DNA of 64,000 nucleotides from Candidatus Fraserbacteria bacterium (GCA_037440025.1 JBBIUX010000001.1:1-64000); one strand, 5' to 3'. Positions 46,542-55,080 are shown, counted from the stretch's first letter. The notes: a model not told the origin generated them from the letters alone. Made by a program: numbers and translations.

Positions 46542-47453
46542 TCAAGTGTCCCGCTTACTAGTTGAGAGAGACATTGAAGACGTTGACGTGGCTATTGACG
46601 CAAGACGTGAGACTGTTGACTTTGAAACTCCAGCAAGTCGCGCAATTTCGCGCCGAGAGAGCTTTGAATTTGCGAGTGCGACGCGCAGAACTTTGGAGAT
46701 TTTGTCTTCCGCGTCGCGTCGTTTCGCAGCTTCTTTTCGCGCAATACACTCGAAAGTGTAGTGAAGCTGCTTTTCAGAAAGCGGCGGGCGGTTTTGTAAG
46801 TTCCAGCCGCGCAAGAGCCGCCAGACAACCGTCTCCCAGTCGGATTGGTTAAAAGCACCGAGTAGCTTGCCCGCCATTTGAGCGGCGCTGACGTTGCGGT
46901 AGCCTTCGGGAACGCCGCGAACAATATCAGCAACGGTATCAGCTTTAGGACGGGCGCGGTGTCGCTTCAGCATTTCAAACAGCCAAGCTGGGCAGGGCGC
47001 GGGTTCGGCTTCGGTCGGTGGAATCACCCACTCGTAGACCTTGCCGGACGGGTGTATTGACGGCGGGGCGACGACGTAGCCGCCTTCACCACGCACGTCG
47101 AGACCGTCAGCAAGACTGGTCACACTGCGAATTGTCGCGTTCTGAAGCGAGAAATAGTAATGCTGCCCTCTTGCTGTCTCACAGAACGGCGTGACGGGCA
47201 CGCCCTTACCAAGCCGTTTTAGTGCCTCTTGCGCGTCGCAGTCAAGCACAAGCAAGTTGCTGATTTTCCCGCAGACGACGGCTATGTTTGCGTCCGCTTC
47301 TCTCTCAAAAAGCGTGACGATTTCGTCTTCGGTTAGCTTGCGCCGTTGAAACTCTTTCCAGCTGCGCGCCGGGGCCTTCGAGCAACGCGGGAGTGGAAAG
47401 ACGTTGCAATTTAGCGTCTTGTGCAGTTCCAGCGCGGCTTCTAAAGCACTCAC
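46542..47453 (-). CDS. bifunctional primase-polymerase Rep (Prim-Pol + PriCT-1 + HTH)
   Basis: VFPL, KAP, NIAVVCG, LVLDCD, GQHYYF, DVRGEGGYVVAPPS; EGYRN; C-terminal LSRREIARLAGVSKSTVSR. Confidence 0.9.
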   Translation of the reverse strand: MSALEAALELHKTLNCNVFPLPRCSKAPARSWKEFQRRKLTEDEIVTLFEREADANIAVVCGKISNLLVLDCDAQEALKRLGKGVPVTPFCETARGQHYYFSLQNATIRSVTSLADGLDVRGEGGYVVAPPSIHPSGKVYEWVIPPTEAEPAPCPAWLFEMLKRHRARPKADTVADIVRGVPEGYRNVSAAQMAGKLLGAFNQSDWETVVWRLLRGWNLQNRPPLSEKQLHYTFECIARKEAAKRRDAEDKISKVLRVALANSKLSRREIARLAGVSKSTVSRLASIATSTSSMSLSTSKRDT

Positions 47454-47827
47454 GCTCCCACCCCCGAAAAGAGCGGAAGCTGCTTAGCTCTTGCCTTTAC
47501 GCACAGTACTCTTTTCGCTGGAGCATGTGGATTCGGGCGACGCTCATACACTGCAAGCAGGGCTTCGAGAATTGGCCCCTTGTGCTCCGGCTTGAAGTGA
47601 TAAAGCTTGCGCCCAACGTAGCCCTCTTGAGGTTCACTGATAAACGGCAGCCCGACGTCATTACGACAGAGTTTCACGTCTGGATAGCGGAAAACATTGG
47701 CGTTGCCCTCGGTGATTGAAATGTCAGCAAAACAAAGCGCGTTACCCGTGCGACAATCCCAACGCACAAGCCTTTCGATTTCAACGGAAAGATTGCCTTG
47801 TGCAGGTTTTTCTGATAAAATTTTCAT
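47450..47827 (-). CDS. SpoVG-like putative nucleic-acid-binding protein
   Basis: LCFADISI...DVKL...LPFISEP...ILEALLAVY pattern. Confidence 0.45.
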   Translation of the reverse strand: MKILSEKPAQGNLSVEIERLVRWDCRTGNALCFADISITEGNANVFRYPDVKLCRNDVGLPFISEPQEGYVGRKLYHFKPEHKGPILEALLAVYERRPNPHAPAKRVLCVKARAKQLPLFSGVGA

Positions 47828-47885
47828 GTGCAGCCCCTTTGCCCCGTTTAGCTCGCGGGGCTTTTACTTTTATTCACACCTCAGT

Positions 47886-48068
47886 CTATCTCTCTGTTGG
47901 AGCTTGCTCGTTGCCAATCGCTTTGACAATCACCATTCGCGCGAACGAACTGACAGATAGACCGCGCTGCTGCGCAGCACGCCGGACACGCTCTTTCAGG
48001 TCAGGGTGCAAACGTACCCAGATATCGAATTCCGCGAACCGCTTGAAGGCTTGCTTATTCGTTTGCAT
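47886..48068 (-). CDS. ribbon-helix-helix (Arc/CopG-like) regulator
   Basis: IWVRLHPDLKERVRRAAQQRGLSVSSFARMVI. Confidence 0.8.
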   Translation of the reverse strand: MQTNKQAFKRFAEFDIWVRLHPDLKERVRRAAQQRGLSVSSFARMVIVKAIGNEQAPTER

Positions 48069-48101
48069 AGTGATACTATTTTATGACTCTTTTAAGCTTG
48101 G

Positions 48102-48632
48102 GTGAAGGGAATGTCAGCAAATCGGGAAACGATTACCAGAAGAGCACTTTTGAGCCGGTTCAAGCAGGAAATAGCGCAAAGCAAGAACTGGGACATGGCC
48201 GATTGGTGGCTTGAAGTCCAACAAGAGATTCTCCAATTAGGTTTCAATCCCCACGACTGTGAACACTTCGTCTCTACTAAGGGCCGCCTGTACGTTATCG
48301 CGTACTGCTCGGACAAAGAAAAGCTCAACGCTTTGGAAGAACGACTCAATGCCGTGATATTACTGCCCCGCAAGGTAGCAGCGCGATACTTAGGAATCAG
48401 TGTATCAGCTTTGGACAAGGCGTTAGAACGTGGCCGACTCTCTGCTATTGTCGGTTGGAGTGGTAGCGCTACTGCGGGGGAGCTTTTCCGCGAACGCCTC
48501 ACTCAACGAGACAAAGACTCCAAGAAACGATATAAAGGCAAGCTATTCTCCAAAGTGTATTTTTTCAAGAGCGCATTAGACAGGTACCGGAAGAAGCGCT
48601 GGCATAGCCTGCAAAAGCCACCCCCAGAGTGA
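48102..48632 (+). CDS. hypothetical protein with an excisionase-type HTH
   Basis: LLPRKVAARYLGISVSALDKALERGRL; divergent from the RHH gene; start uncertain. Confidence 0.55.
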   Translation: MKGMSANRETITRRALLSRFKQEIAQSKNWDMADWWLEVQQEILQLGFNPHDCEHFVSTKGRLYVIAYCSDKEKLNALEERLNAVILLPRKVAARYLGISVSALDKALERGRLSAIVGWSGSATAGELFRERLTQRDKDSKKRYKGKLFSKVYFFKSALDRYRKKRWHSLQKPPPE

Positions 48633-48639
48633 AAAGCCG

Positions 48640-48837
48640 GTATACCAGCAAGCCAGTAAGCTGGAAAATTTACCGAAGCTTGCGAAGGCCTTGAAAGTTC
48701 TGCCGAGCGAGCTAGTCGAGCTGTTCCCCGAAGGCAAGCGCTGGTTTTGGGTGCTGGTCAAGGCGTCTGTGAGAGATAAGGAACTGAACGATGCCCTAAT
48801 GAAACTTCGTGGGCTTCTTGCCCTACAAGAGCCCTAG
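48640..48837 (+). pseudogene. remnant of an XRE-family repressor
   Basis: Frame reads LENLPKLAKALKVLPSEL (distal XRE helices), with no start codon or N-terminal helices. Confidence 0.45.
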
Positions 48838-48841
48838 CCTT

Positions 48842-48949
48842 TTACCCTTTACGCTGGGCGCGGCGGTCGCTCCAGAGAGCATAAAGAGCAAAGGCTGTGC
48901 CTGCAAGCAGGACGCCTAAGAGTAGGACGACTCCGGGCCAAATATTCAT
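48842..48949 (-). CDS. 35-aa single-TM protein
   Basis: MNIWPGVVLLLGVLLAGTAFALYALWSDRRAQRKG; ATGA overlap; AAGGAG SD. Confidence 0.6.
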   Translation of the reverse strand: MNIWPGVVLLLGVLLAGTAFALYALWSDRRAQRKG

Positions 48950-49143
48950 TGCTTCTCTCCTTCCTTTAAGATTAGCACGCCGATAAGGTAGAAGCCAATC
49001 CAGATTCCGAGGCCGCTGGCTGTCCAGAGCCAGTCGAACTCCTTGGCTAAGAATTGTCCGAGCAAGAGCGCACCGACGGCCAAGTTGGCGACTTCGCGTA
49101 GTCCTTCAGCAAGATACTCCTTTTGGCGCTGGGTCATGCTCAA
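48946..49143 (-). CDS. small two-TM membrane protein
   Basis: 65 aa with two hydrophobic helices. Confidence 0.7.
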   Translation of the reverse strand: MSMTQRQKEYLAEGLREVANLAVGALLLGQFLAKEFDWLWTASGLGIWIGFYLIGVLILKEGEKQ

Positions 49144-49361
49144 TCACTCACAATCCTGAGCCGTCGCACGCGCCGCAAATCTTCAACACTCACGCCGAGC
49201 TTCTTTGCTAGTTGGCGGGCCTTCTCTTCGGCCAGCACGGGTTTGACGCCGATATAGGCGACGTATTCTTGCCGTTGCGCTCTAGCTTCTTTATCCCAGA
49301 CGTTGCGCTTGAGCACGTGGTATTTTGCGTTCCGTCCTGCTTTGGCGAGAAATAAACTTAT
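49140..49361 (-). CDS. unannotated ~73-aa basic protein, possible ATA start or mutated start
   Basis: Open frame SLFLAKAGRNAKYHVLKRNVWD...ARQLAKKLGVSVEDLRRVRRLRIVSD* directly after a TTGATT-17-TATACT promoter. Confidence 0.45.
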   Translation of the reverse strand: MSLFLAKAGRNAKYHVLKRNVWDKEARAQRQEYVAYIGVKPVLAEEKARQLAKKLGVSVEDLRRVRRLRIVSD

Positions 49362-49445
49362 AACGTTCTCAGTATAGCACCGGTAACGGATAAAATCAAG
49401 TCTCGAAAAGGTGACGAATTTCCCCGTCTTCCCCGGCCCCTTGAT

Positions 49446-49473
49446 TTGACGCCAGCGGGGGGTGGGCTACAAT
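49446..49473 (+). promoter_or_regulatory. outward-facing promoter toward the right att
   Basis: TTGACG-16-TACAAT. Confidence 0.55.
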
Positions 49474-49571
49474 TTTGCTTACTGTCAAAAACAGATAGGC
49501 CAGCGGTCTTTGGCATGTCAGGCAGAAGAGCTAAACGAGGGGAAAAACCTGTTGGCAAGAGGGTTATCGCG

Positions 49572-49700
49572 CTTGCTGGAGGACTTGAACCTCCGACCTC
49601 TGGCTCCGCAGGCCAGCGCTCTGATCCCCTGAGCTACGGGCGCGTGTGCACGGCTATTCTAACAGGCAAACAGAGGCTTGTCAACGGGCAAATCCCCCTC
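49572..49700 (-). pseudogene. right att copy: tRNA-Arg(GCG) promoter and gene with a 10-bp deletion of the 3' acceptor strand
   Basis: cttgctgg-aggac here versus cttgctgg-tacgcccggg-aggac in the intact copy. Confidence 0.88.
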
Positions 49701-49788
49701 ATGAACGAAGAGCCTTTGTACCCACTTGAGCAAGTCAACCAACCTCCAGTAGTGCGCCTAATACTAATTCTACTTCATCGTGTCACTT

Positions 49789-49843
49789 TGTCATTCTGAG
49801 CAAAGCGAAGAATCCAGACCATTCGCTTCCGCTCAGGGTGACA
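49789..49843. repeat. palindromic repeat, family B
   Basis: tgtcattctgagcaaagcgaagaatc...ttcgcttccgctcagggtgaca; related to 15994-16048. Confidence 0.75.
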
Positions 49844-49941
49844 CCATGAATCGAGATTAGTATAACTCGCTCACCTCCAGAGCTGAGCATAGCACACCCA
49901 CCCCCGGCGCGGGCAAATCCGAGTCCTGCGATCCGCGTGCT

Positions 49942-50586
49942 CTAGGGTGTGCTTCCCTTTGAAGTCTTCGGGCGATAGTCACGCCGATCCAGACACGCAT
50001 CGTAGGTAGCACGATCAATCTGCATCCAGTCCGTCTTCTCAATTCCCCTCTTGTTCCGAGTCGTGGGACTGAAGGGGAAAGCACTCGCCACCTTGATCCA
50101 GCGGCCTTGCTCTTTGGCAATCACCCGGACTTCCGCTGCCACTTCCGAGAGGTATTGGTCCTGGCTGAAGATCAGAGCCACGTCATACTCGTTGCGGTGA
50201 GCGAGACGAATGACATCTATCGCCATGCGCACGTCAATCCCCTTCTCTTCTCCAGCGAGAAACGTATGCTCAGTGCCATCGGGAAGCTTCACCCGTTGGT
50301 TGCGATACCGAAGCGTGCGAGAGAAGACGTGAACACCCTGCCAGCTCAGAAACCTCAATTTTGCAGCCCAAAACTGATTCCAGAAGGGGTCATCGCTTAT
50401 GTCAGGGATGCCAGTATAGAAGCGCACTTGCTTTAACTGCCAACCTTTGAAGTTGCACAGAGAGTTTGCTAAGCACATAGGGTCATAGTTGGGGTAGGTA
50501 TAACCAAAGGCTTCACGGGCGGCGTGAAAGAGATTCTGCCCGTCAAAGAAGGCTACTGTGCGTTTTGCAGTTGGTTCTGTAGGCAT
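49942..50586 (-). CDS. NYN-domain (LabA/DUF88-like PIN) ribonuclease
   Basis: FFDGQNLF, VRFYTG, EEKGIDVRMAID, IFSQDQ; GGGGAG SD. Confidence 0.9.
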   Translation of the reverse strand: MPTEPTAKRTVAFFDGQNLFHAAREAFGYTYPNYDPMCLANSLCNFKGWQLKQVRFYTGIPDISDDPFWNQFWAAKLRFLSWQGVHVFSRTLRYRNQRVKLPDGTEHTFLAGEEKGIDVRMAIDVIRLAHRNEYDVALIFSQDQYLSEVAAEVRVIAKEQGRWIKVASAFPFSPTTRNKRGIEKTDWMQIDRATYDACLDRRDYRPKTSKGSTP

Positions 50587-50888
50587 AGCTCCCCGTAAAA
50601 GATAACTCCGCCCGGGCCTTGCGGCATGTCGAGCGGAGAGCAACTTCTGAGCATATTAAAGCACACCGAGGGCCTTTTGTCAAGATTCCAGCCCGCGATT
50701 TAAGATCATTCAACAGATAGAAAAGAACGCGGCACTCACCTTCAATGGAGTTCGTCGCTCAGTTTCCGAGCTTACCCCCAAATCAAGGGGGTGGGAACCT
50801 GAGGCCCGGAACCTGCGTTTTAATTATATTCATCTCGCACCCAACTACATCGAGCCTCTGGCGGATGGTAAGCCGGCTTTGCCCTATC

Positions 50889-50963
50889 TGGTGGGTGGTA
50901 GAGGATTTGAACCTCTGACCTTCTGCACGTCAAGCAGACGCTCTTCCGCTGAGCTAACCACCC
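50889..50963 (-). tRNA. tRNA-Val(GAC)
   Basis: Anticodon arm TCTGC-TT-GAC-GT-GCAGA; CCA. Confidence 0.96.
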
Positions 50964-50972
50964 CAATAAGTG

Positions 50973-51047
<75 letters not shown>

Positions 51048-51058
51048 ATCAGTGATGT

Positions 51059-51087
51059 ATTGTAACGCTCCCCATCGGACTTGTCAA
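51059..51087 (-). promoter_or_regulatory. sigma70 promoter of tRNA-Cys/Val
   Basis: TTGACA-17-TACAAT. Confidence 0.85.
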
Positions 51088-51121
51088 ACCCTCGATGGGA
51101 TGATTCAAAGTTGCCAGTTGA

Positions 51122-51274
51122 GGCTCTGTAGAAAACCTCCCTTGGACCGGCGACTCAAGTCGCCGGCTCAGCAGGTGGAAGCGTGCTCAAGCACGCTCAC
51201 CAGCCCGCTTCAGCGGGCTTCCATCTCCTGAGCCGTCTGCTTGAGCATCCGGCTTCAAGGATTTCTACAAAGCC
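51122..51274. mobile_element. MITE, 153 bp
   Basis: 13-bp terminal inverted repeats GGCTCTGTAGAAA / TTTCTACAAAGCC; 8-bp target duplication CCAGTTGA (51114-51121, 51275-51282); internal hairpins. Confidence 0.82.
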
Positions 51275-51382
51275 CCAGTTGAAAGTTACAAGTTCTGAAC
51301 TTGGAACCGCCCCGCGGCTTCGGTTAAACTAGAGTGCAGCTCATTTCAGAGAGCGTGAGACACGCTTGAAAAGGAGGACGAC

Positions 51383-52747
51383 ATGAAACGAGCCTCTCTG
51401 TTCGTTGTTCTGGTCGCATTGATGGTCGGCGGAGTTGGAGGGTCCCAGCAAAGTGCTGTTGGCCCGAATGTAACGATCTATAGCGACTTAGCGCTTATCG
51501 AGGAGCTGCGCGTGCTCACCGTCTCCCAGGGAGAGGGTGTCCATCTGGTCGAAGACCTGCCGGAGGCCATCTGGCCCAATTCGGTCGTCTTTCGCCCCAG
51601 CGAGCCTAGCGTCAGAATCCTCGAACAGGAGTTCTTACCCGCGCAGACCATAAGCAGCTCTGGATTGCTGGAAAGCTATATCGGCCGAGAAGTCGAAGTA
51701 ACCGTCGCTCGCGGTTTGGTCCCCAAGACCTACCGCGGCACGCTCTTGAGCATCGAAGACGGCCTCGTCCTGCAAGAGAGTTTCGGGAAAGTTCAACTGA
51801 TCCGTGAGTACAGCGAGATCGCGCTTGCGAAACTCCCAGACTATCGCAAAGAACCGGCGCTTTCGTGGCGAGTGCAGAGCGATTCTGCTAGGGATATCCA
51901 AGGTCATTTGAGTTACCTGACGGGGGGGCTCGGTTGGTCGGCGTATTACACAACGATTCTCAACGAAGCCGAGAACCAGATGGCCTTGAGCAGTTGGGTA
52001 ACGCTCTCCAATCACAGTGGGCGCGAGTACAAGGACGCGAGGTTGACGCTAATCGCTGGCGAGCTGCGCCGCGTGACGCCACCACCACCGGTGATTCCGT
52101 ATGAAGCACGAGCAGAGCTGGCACCAGCTCCCGCGAAAGACATCGAGACACGCCCGACGTTTGAGTATCACGAATATAAACTGTCCCGCCCGGCGACGCT
52201 AAAAGACAAACAGACCCTTCAGCTCTCGTTCTTAAAATCTGACGCGATCACCGTATCGAAACACTATGTCTACGAAGCTACAGTCTCGCCTCAAGTTCGG
52301 ATCGAGATCCGCTTCACTAACGACGAGGCCAGCGGCCTGGGCGTTGCACTGCCCGCAGGCACCGTTCGCCTGTATAAAGAAGCAGCAGACTCGCTACAGC
52401 TGATTGGCGAAGATACTTTAGCTCACACCCCCAAAAACGAGAAGATAACACTCGCGCCAGGGATGGCTTTTGATCTCAAAGCCGAGCGAGTTCTCAAAGA
52501 TAGACAAGTCATTGATCGGGATCAGTACGGGCGGGAAACCTATCGAGAGACGTATGAGATCTCCTTGCGCAACCAGAAGAGCACCGATGTTCTTATCGAA
52601 GTGAGAGAACGACTGCAGGGCACCTGGAAGATCGTCTCAGCTGAGCCTAACTATGAAAAGCTCGATGCGAATACCGTTTTGTTTCAAGCCCCGGTAAAAG
52701 CCGAGGGAGCAGCGATAGTCACTTACACCGTGGAGTGGAAGTATTGA
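51383..52747 (+). CDS. DUF4139/DUF4140-family exported protein
   Basis: Signal peptide; VTIYSDLALI, SYLTGGLGWSAYY, GLGVALPAGTVRLY, YEISLRN. Confidence 0.85.
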   Translation: MKRASLFVVLVALMVGGVGGSQQSAVGPNVTIYSDLALIEELRVLTVSQGEGVHLVEDLPEAIWPNSVVFRPSEPSVRILEQEFLPAQTISSSGLLESYIGREVEVTVARGLVPKTYRGTLLSIEDGLVLQESFGKVQLIREYSEIALAKLPDYRKEPALSWRVQSDSARDIQGHLSYLTGGLGWSAYYTTILNEAENQMALSSWVTLSNHSGREYKDARLTLIAGELRRVTPPPPVIPYEARAELAPAPAKDIETRPTFEYHEYKLSRPATLKDKQTLQLSFLKSDAITVSKHYVYEATVSPQVRIEIRFTNDEASGLGVALPAGTVRLYKEAADSLQLIGEDTLAHTPKNEKITLAPGMAFDLKAERVLKDRQVIDRDQYGRETYRETYEISLRNQKSTDVLIEVRERLQGTWKIVSAEPNYEKLDANTVLFQAPVKAEGAAIVTYTVEWKY

Positions 52748-52751
52748 TGCT

Positions 52752-53030
52752 ATGGAAGAGCTTCTGACACAGCCCGATGACGAGTATCTGACGGATGCGA
52801 TACAGAACTACGCTCGGGCGATTGAAAAGGTGCTCGCGGAAGTGCCGGTGGTCAACGGCACAGTTGACCTAGAGACGATCTGGATGGAGCTGGCACTGCC
52901 GCGCGACTTGCTGATCGAAGTCTTTCAGACGATGCCCATTCGCCTGCCAGCGCATGTAGAAAGAGTGATCACGCGCGACGGTCGCGTGTTGGCGCAACAG
53001 AAACCAGCTGAACCGGGCACGGCTCTCTGA
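52752..53030 (+). CDS. hypothetical protein
   Basis: 92-aa ORF coupled between DUF4139 and PGM. Confidence 0.7.
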   Translation: MEELLTQPDDEYLTDAIQNYARAIEKVLAEVPVVNGTVDLETIWMELALPRDLLIEVFQTMPIRLPAHVERVITRDGRVLAQQKPAEPGTAL

Positions 53031-54505
53031 TGATGGACACGGTTTGCTTTGGGACTGACGGCTGGCGCGGCGTGATCGCCCGCGATTTTACGTTTGCCAA
53101 CGTGGGCCGCGTCGCCGGGGCCATCGCTGCGTATCTGAAAAGCCCGCAGCGACGCTCGTTAGAAGTCTACAAAAAATGGGGCGTGGCGTATCGCCCGCCG
53201 GAGCGCGGCGTCGTCATCGGCTACGACACGCGCTTTCTCTCCAAAGAGTTTGCTGTGCACATCGGGCGCGTGCTCCAAGACGCAGAGATTCCCGTCTGGA
53301 TCGCGCACGAGCCCGTCCCCACCCCGACGCTCTCCTACGCTGTCTCCCATCACCAAGCAGCCCTCGGCGTGATGGTCACAGCCAGCCACAACCCGCCCGA
53401 ATACAATGGGGTTAAGATTAAGATAGAATACGCAAGCTCCGCCCCGCCCAGCGTCACCCAGCTCATCGAATCTCTCGTCCCTTCAGAGGCGCCGACGCCC
53501 AAGACCCCAGCGAGTGCGCTCAACTTTGCAGACTTCAAAAGCCCGTATCTTGCACGTATCCACCAGCTTATTGACACCGAGCTGCTGCGCCAGAGCGATC
53601 TGTGCGTCCTGATTGACGCGATGTACGGGGCAGCGCGAGGGTACGTCGCGGAGATTCTCAAAGAGCTGGGTGTAGAGTTTCTCACGGTGCGTCACGGCGA
53701 TAACCCGCGCTTTGGCGGAAAGAACCCTGAACCCATCGAGAAAAATCTAGGCCCCCTGCGGGCGGTGATCGCCAGCGAGCGCCAGAGAAAATTCAAGAGT
53801 GCCAAGTGCTTGCTCGGGGTCATCACCGACGGCGACGGTGATCGTGTCGCGGCGATGGACGAACTCGGACAGGTGATAGATTCTCATCGCTGCTTCGCGC
53901 TCATGCTGAAGTACTTAGTAACAAAAGGCTGGCGCGGAAAGGTCGTCAAGTCGTTCACGCTCTCCGATATGATAGATACGCTCGCCGTCAAAAATAATTT
54001 AGAGCTGGACGAAGTCCCCGTCGGGTTCAAATATATTTGTGAAAAGATGGTGCGCGAAGACGTCTTAATTGGGGGCGAAGAATCGGGCGGGATCGCCATA
54101 AAAAATCACATTCCCGAACGAGACGGGGTCTTAAATTCGCTCTTGCTCTGCGAGGTCGCCGCGCGGGCGAAAAAGCCCACAAGCGAGATCATCAACGATC
54201 TGTTAGCTGAAGTTGGCCCGCACTGGTACGACCGGCGCGACCTGCGTCTAGAGAGCCGTTTAGAAGTCGTCGAGCACGTGAAGCGTCGGCCACCTCAGCA
54301 GATCGCTGGGCTCAAAGTTATCAAAACAGAGATGCTTGACGGAGTGAAGCTGCGATTTTCACACGGCTGGTTGCTGCTGCGAGCCAGCGGGACCGAGCCG
54401 CTCTTGAGGCTCTATTGCGAGCTGGACTCGTTGGAGAAAGTGCATGAAGTCTTAGACGAAGCGGAGCGCTTCGCGCGGGGCGATCTGAGCTTATGGGTGA
54501 AATAA
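53030..54505 (+). CDS. phosphoglucomutase/phosphomannomutase
   Basis: FGTDGWRG, TASHNP, DGDGDR, GGEESGG, RASGTEP. Confidence 0.95.
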   Translation: MMDTVCFGTDGWRGVIARDFTFANVGRVAGAIAAYLKSPQRRSLEVYKKWGVAYRPPERGVVIGYDTRFLSKEFAVHIGRVLQDAEIPVWIAHEPVPTPTLSYAVSHHQAALGVMVTASHNPPEYNGVKIKIEYASSAPPSVTQLIESLVPSEAPTPKTPASALNFADFKSPYLARIHQLIDTELLRQSDLCVLIDAMYGAARGYVAEILKELGVEFLTVRHGDNPRFGGKNPEPIEKNLGPLRAVIASERQRKFKSAKCLLGVITDGDGDRVAAMDELGQVIDSHRCFALMLKYLVTKGWRGKVVKSFTLSDMIDTLAVKNNLELDEVPVGFKYICEKMVREDVLIGGEESGGIAIKNHIPERDGVLNSLLLCEVAARAKKPTSEIINDLLAEVGPHWYDRRDLRLESRLEVVEHVKRRPPQQIAGLKVIKTEMLDGVKLRFSHGWLLLRASGTEPLLRLYCELDSLEKVHEVLDEAERFARGDLSLWVK

Positions 54506-54512
54506 CCTATGC

Positions 54513-54600
54513 GGGTGGCGCGCCCATTCGACGCTCTTCTCCTTCGGCTGGCCGAACAGCTCTGGATGCAAATAGAAGCCTCGTTCTGGCTTCATCCCTT
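54513..54600 (-). repeat. R1: decayed copy of a conserved gene 3' end
   Basis: Encodes ERGFYLHPELFGQPKEKSVEWARHP; homologous to R2-R4. Confidence 0.85.
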
Positions 54601-54708
54601 TTTCATCCCGGAGTGCCCCACGTCTACACCTATCTGCCGCACGCGGATCCGCCAACCGTGCAACAAGCGACGTTGGCCCTCCGGGATGTTTTCATCGAGG
54701 AGATACAT
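54592..54708 (-). pseudogene. truncated DUF5615 PIN toxin (38 aa)
   Basis: MYLLDENIP...; TAATG-coupled to DUF433; cut off at R1. Confidence 0.75.
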
Positions 54709-54959
54709 TAGCTGATTGTTTCTGCCGCGAATTCCGGCGCATGGACAGCCAAGGCCTCCCGCGCCAGGCGGACTGCTTCGGCGATGGCCTGCTTGGTCAG
54801 CGCCCCGTGCCATTCTTCTATAATAGCTTCCCAGGCCATACCGAAGGCTACTTGTTCAAGCACATCGGTGACCAGAACACGCGTGCCACGGAAAGTGGGC
54901 TGGCCATGGCAGATCGCGGGATCGACGACGATATATCGCCCTAAGGCTTTGGCGGCCAT
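54708..54959 (-). CDS. DUF433 antitoxin
   Basis: IVVDPAICHGQPTFRGTRV. Confidence 0.9.
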   Translation of the reverse strand: MAAKALGRYIVVDPAICHGQPTFRGTRVLVTDVLEQVAFGMAWEAIIEEWHGALTKQAIAEAVRLAREALAVHAPEFAAETIS

Positions 54960-55015
54960 ACAGGGTCACCCGGCACGATTGTACGCTCTTCCTGTCTCTC
55001 CGGCAAGCGTTTGAT

Positions 55016-55079
55016 TATCTCAGGGTTGCGCGCCCATTTCGACACTCTGGGTCTCCGGCTTCATCTCTTCGACCGGGAT
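55016..55079 (-). repeat. R2: internally deleted copy of the gene 3' end
   Basis: atcccggtcgaagagatgaagccggag...gtcgaaatgggcgcgcaaccctgagat. Confidence 0.8.
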
Positions 55080-55080
55080 T

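Larger units (their letters stand above)
43564..49700. mobile_element. integrated 6,014-bp phage-satellite (PICI)-like or integrative element
   Basis: Flanking 123-bp direct repeats; integrase, Prim-Pol Rep, TerS-like gene, regulators; no capsid, tail or conjugation genes. Confidence 0.88.
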
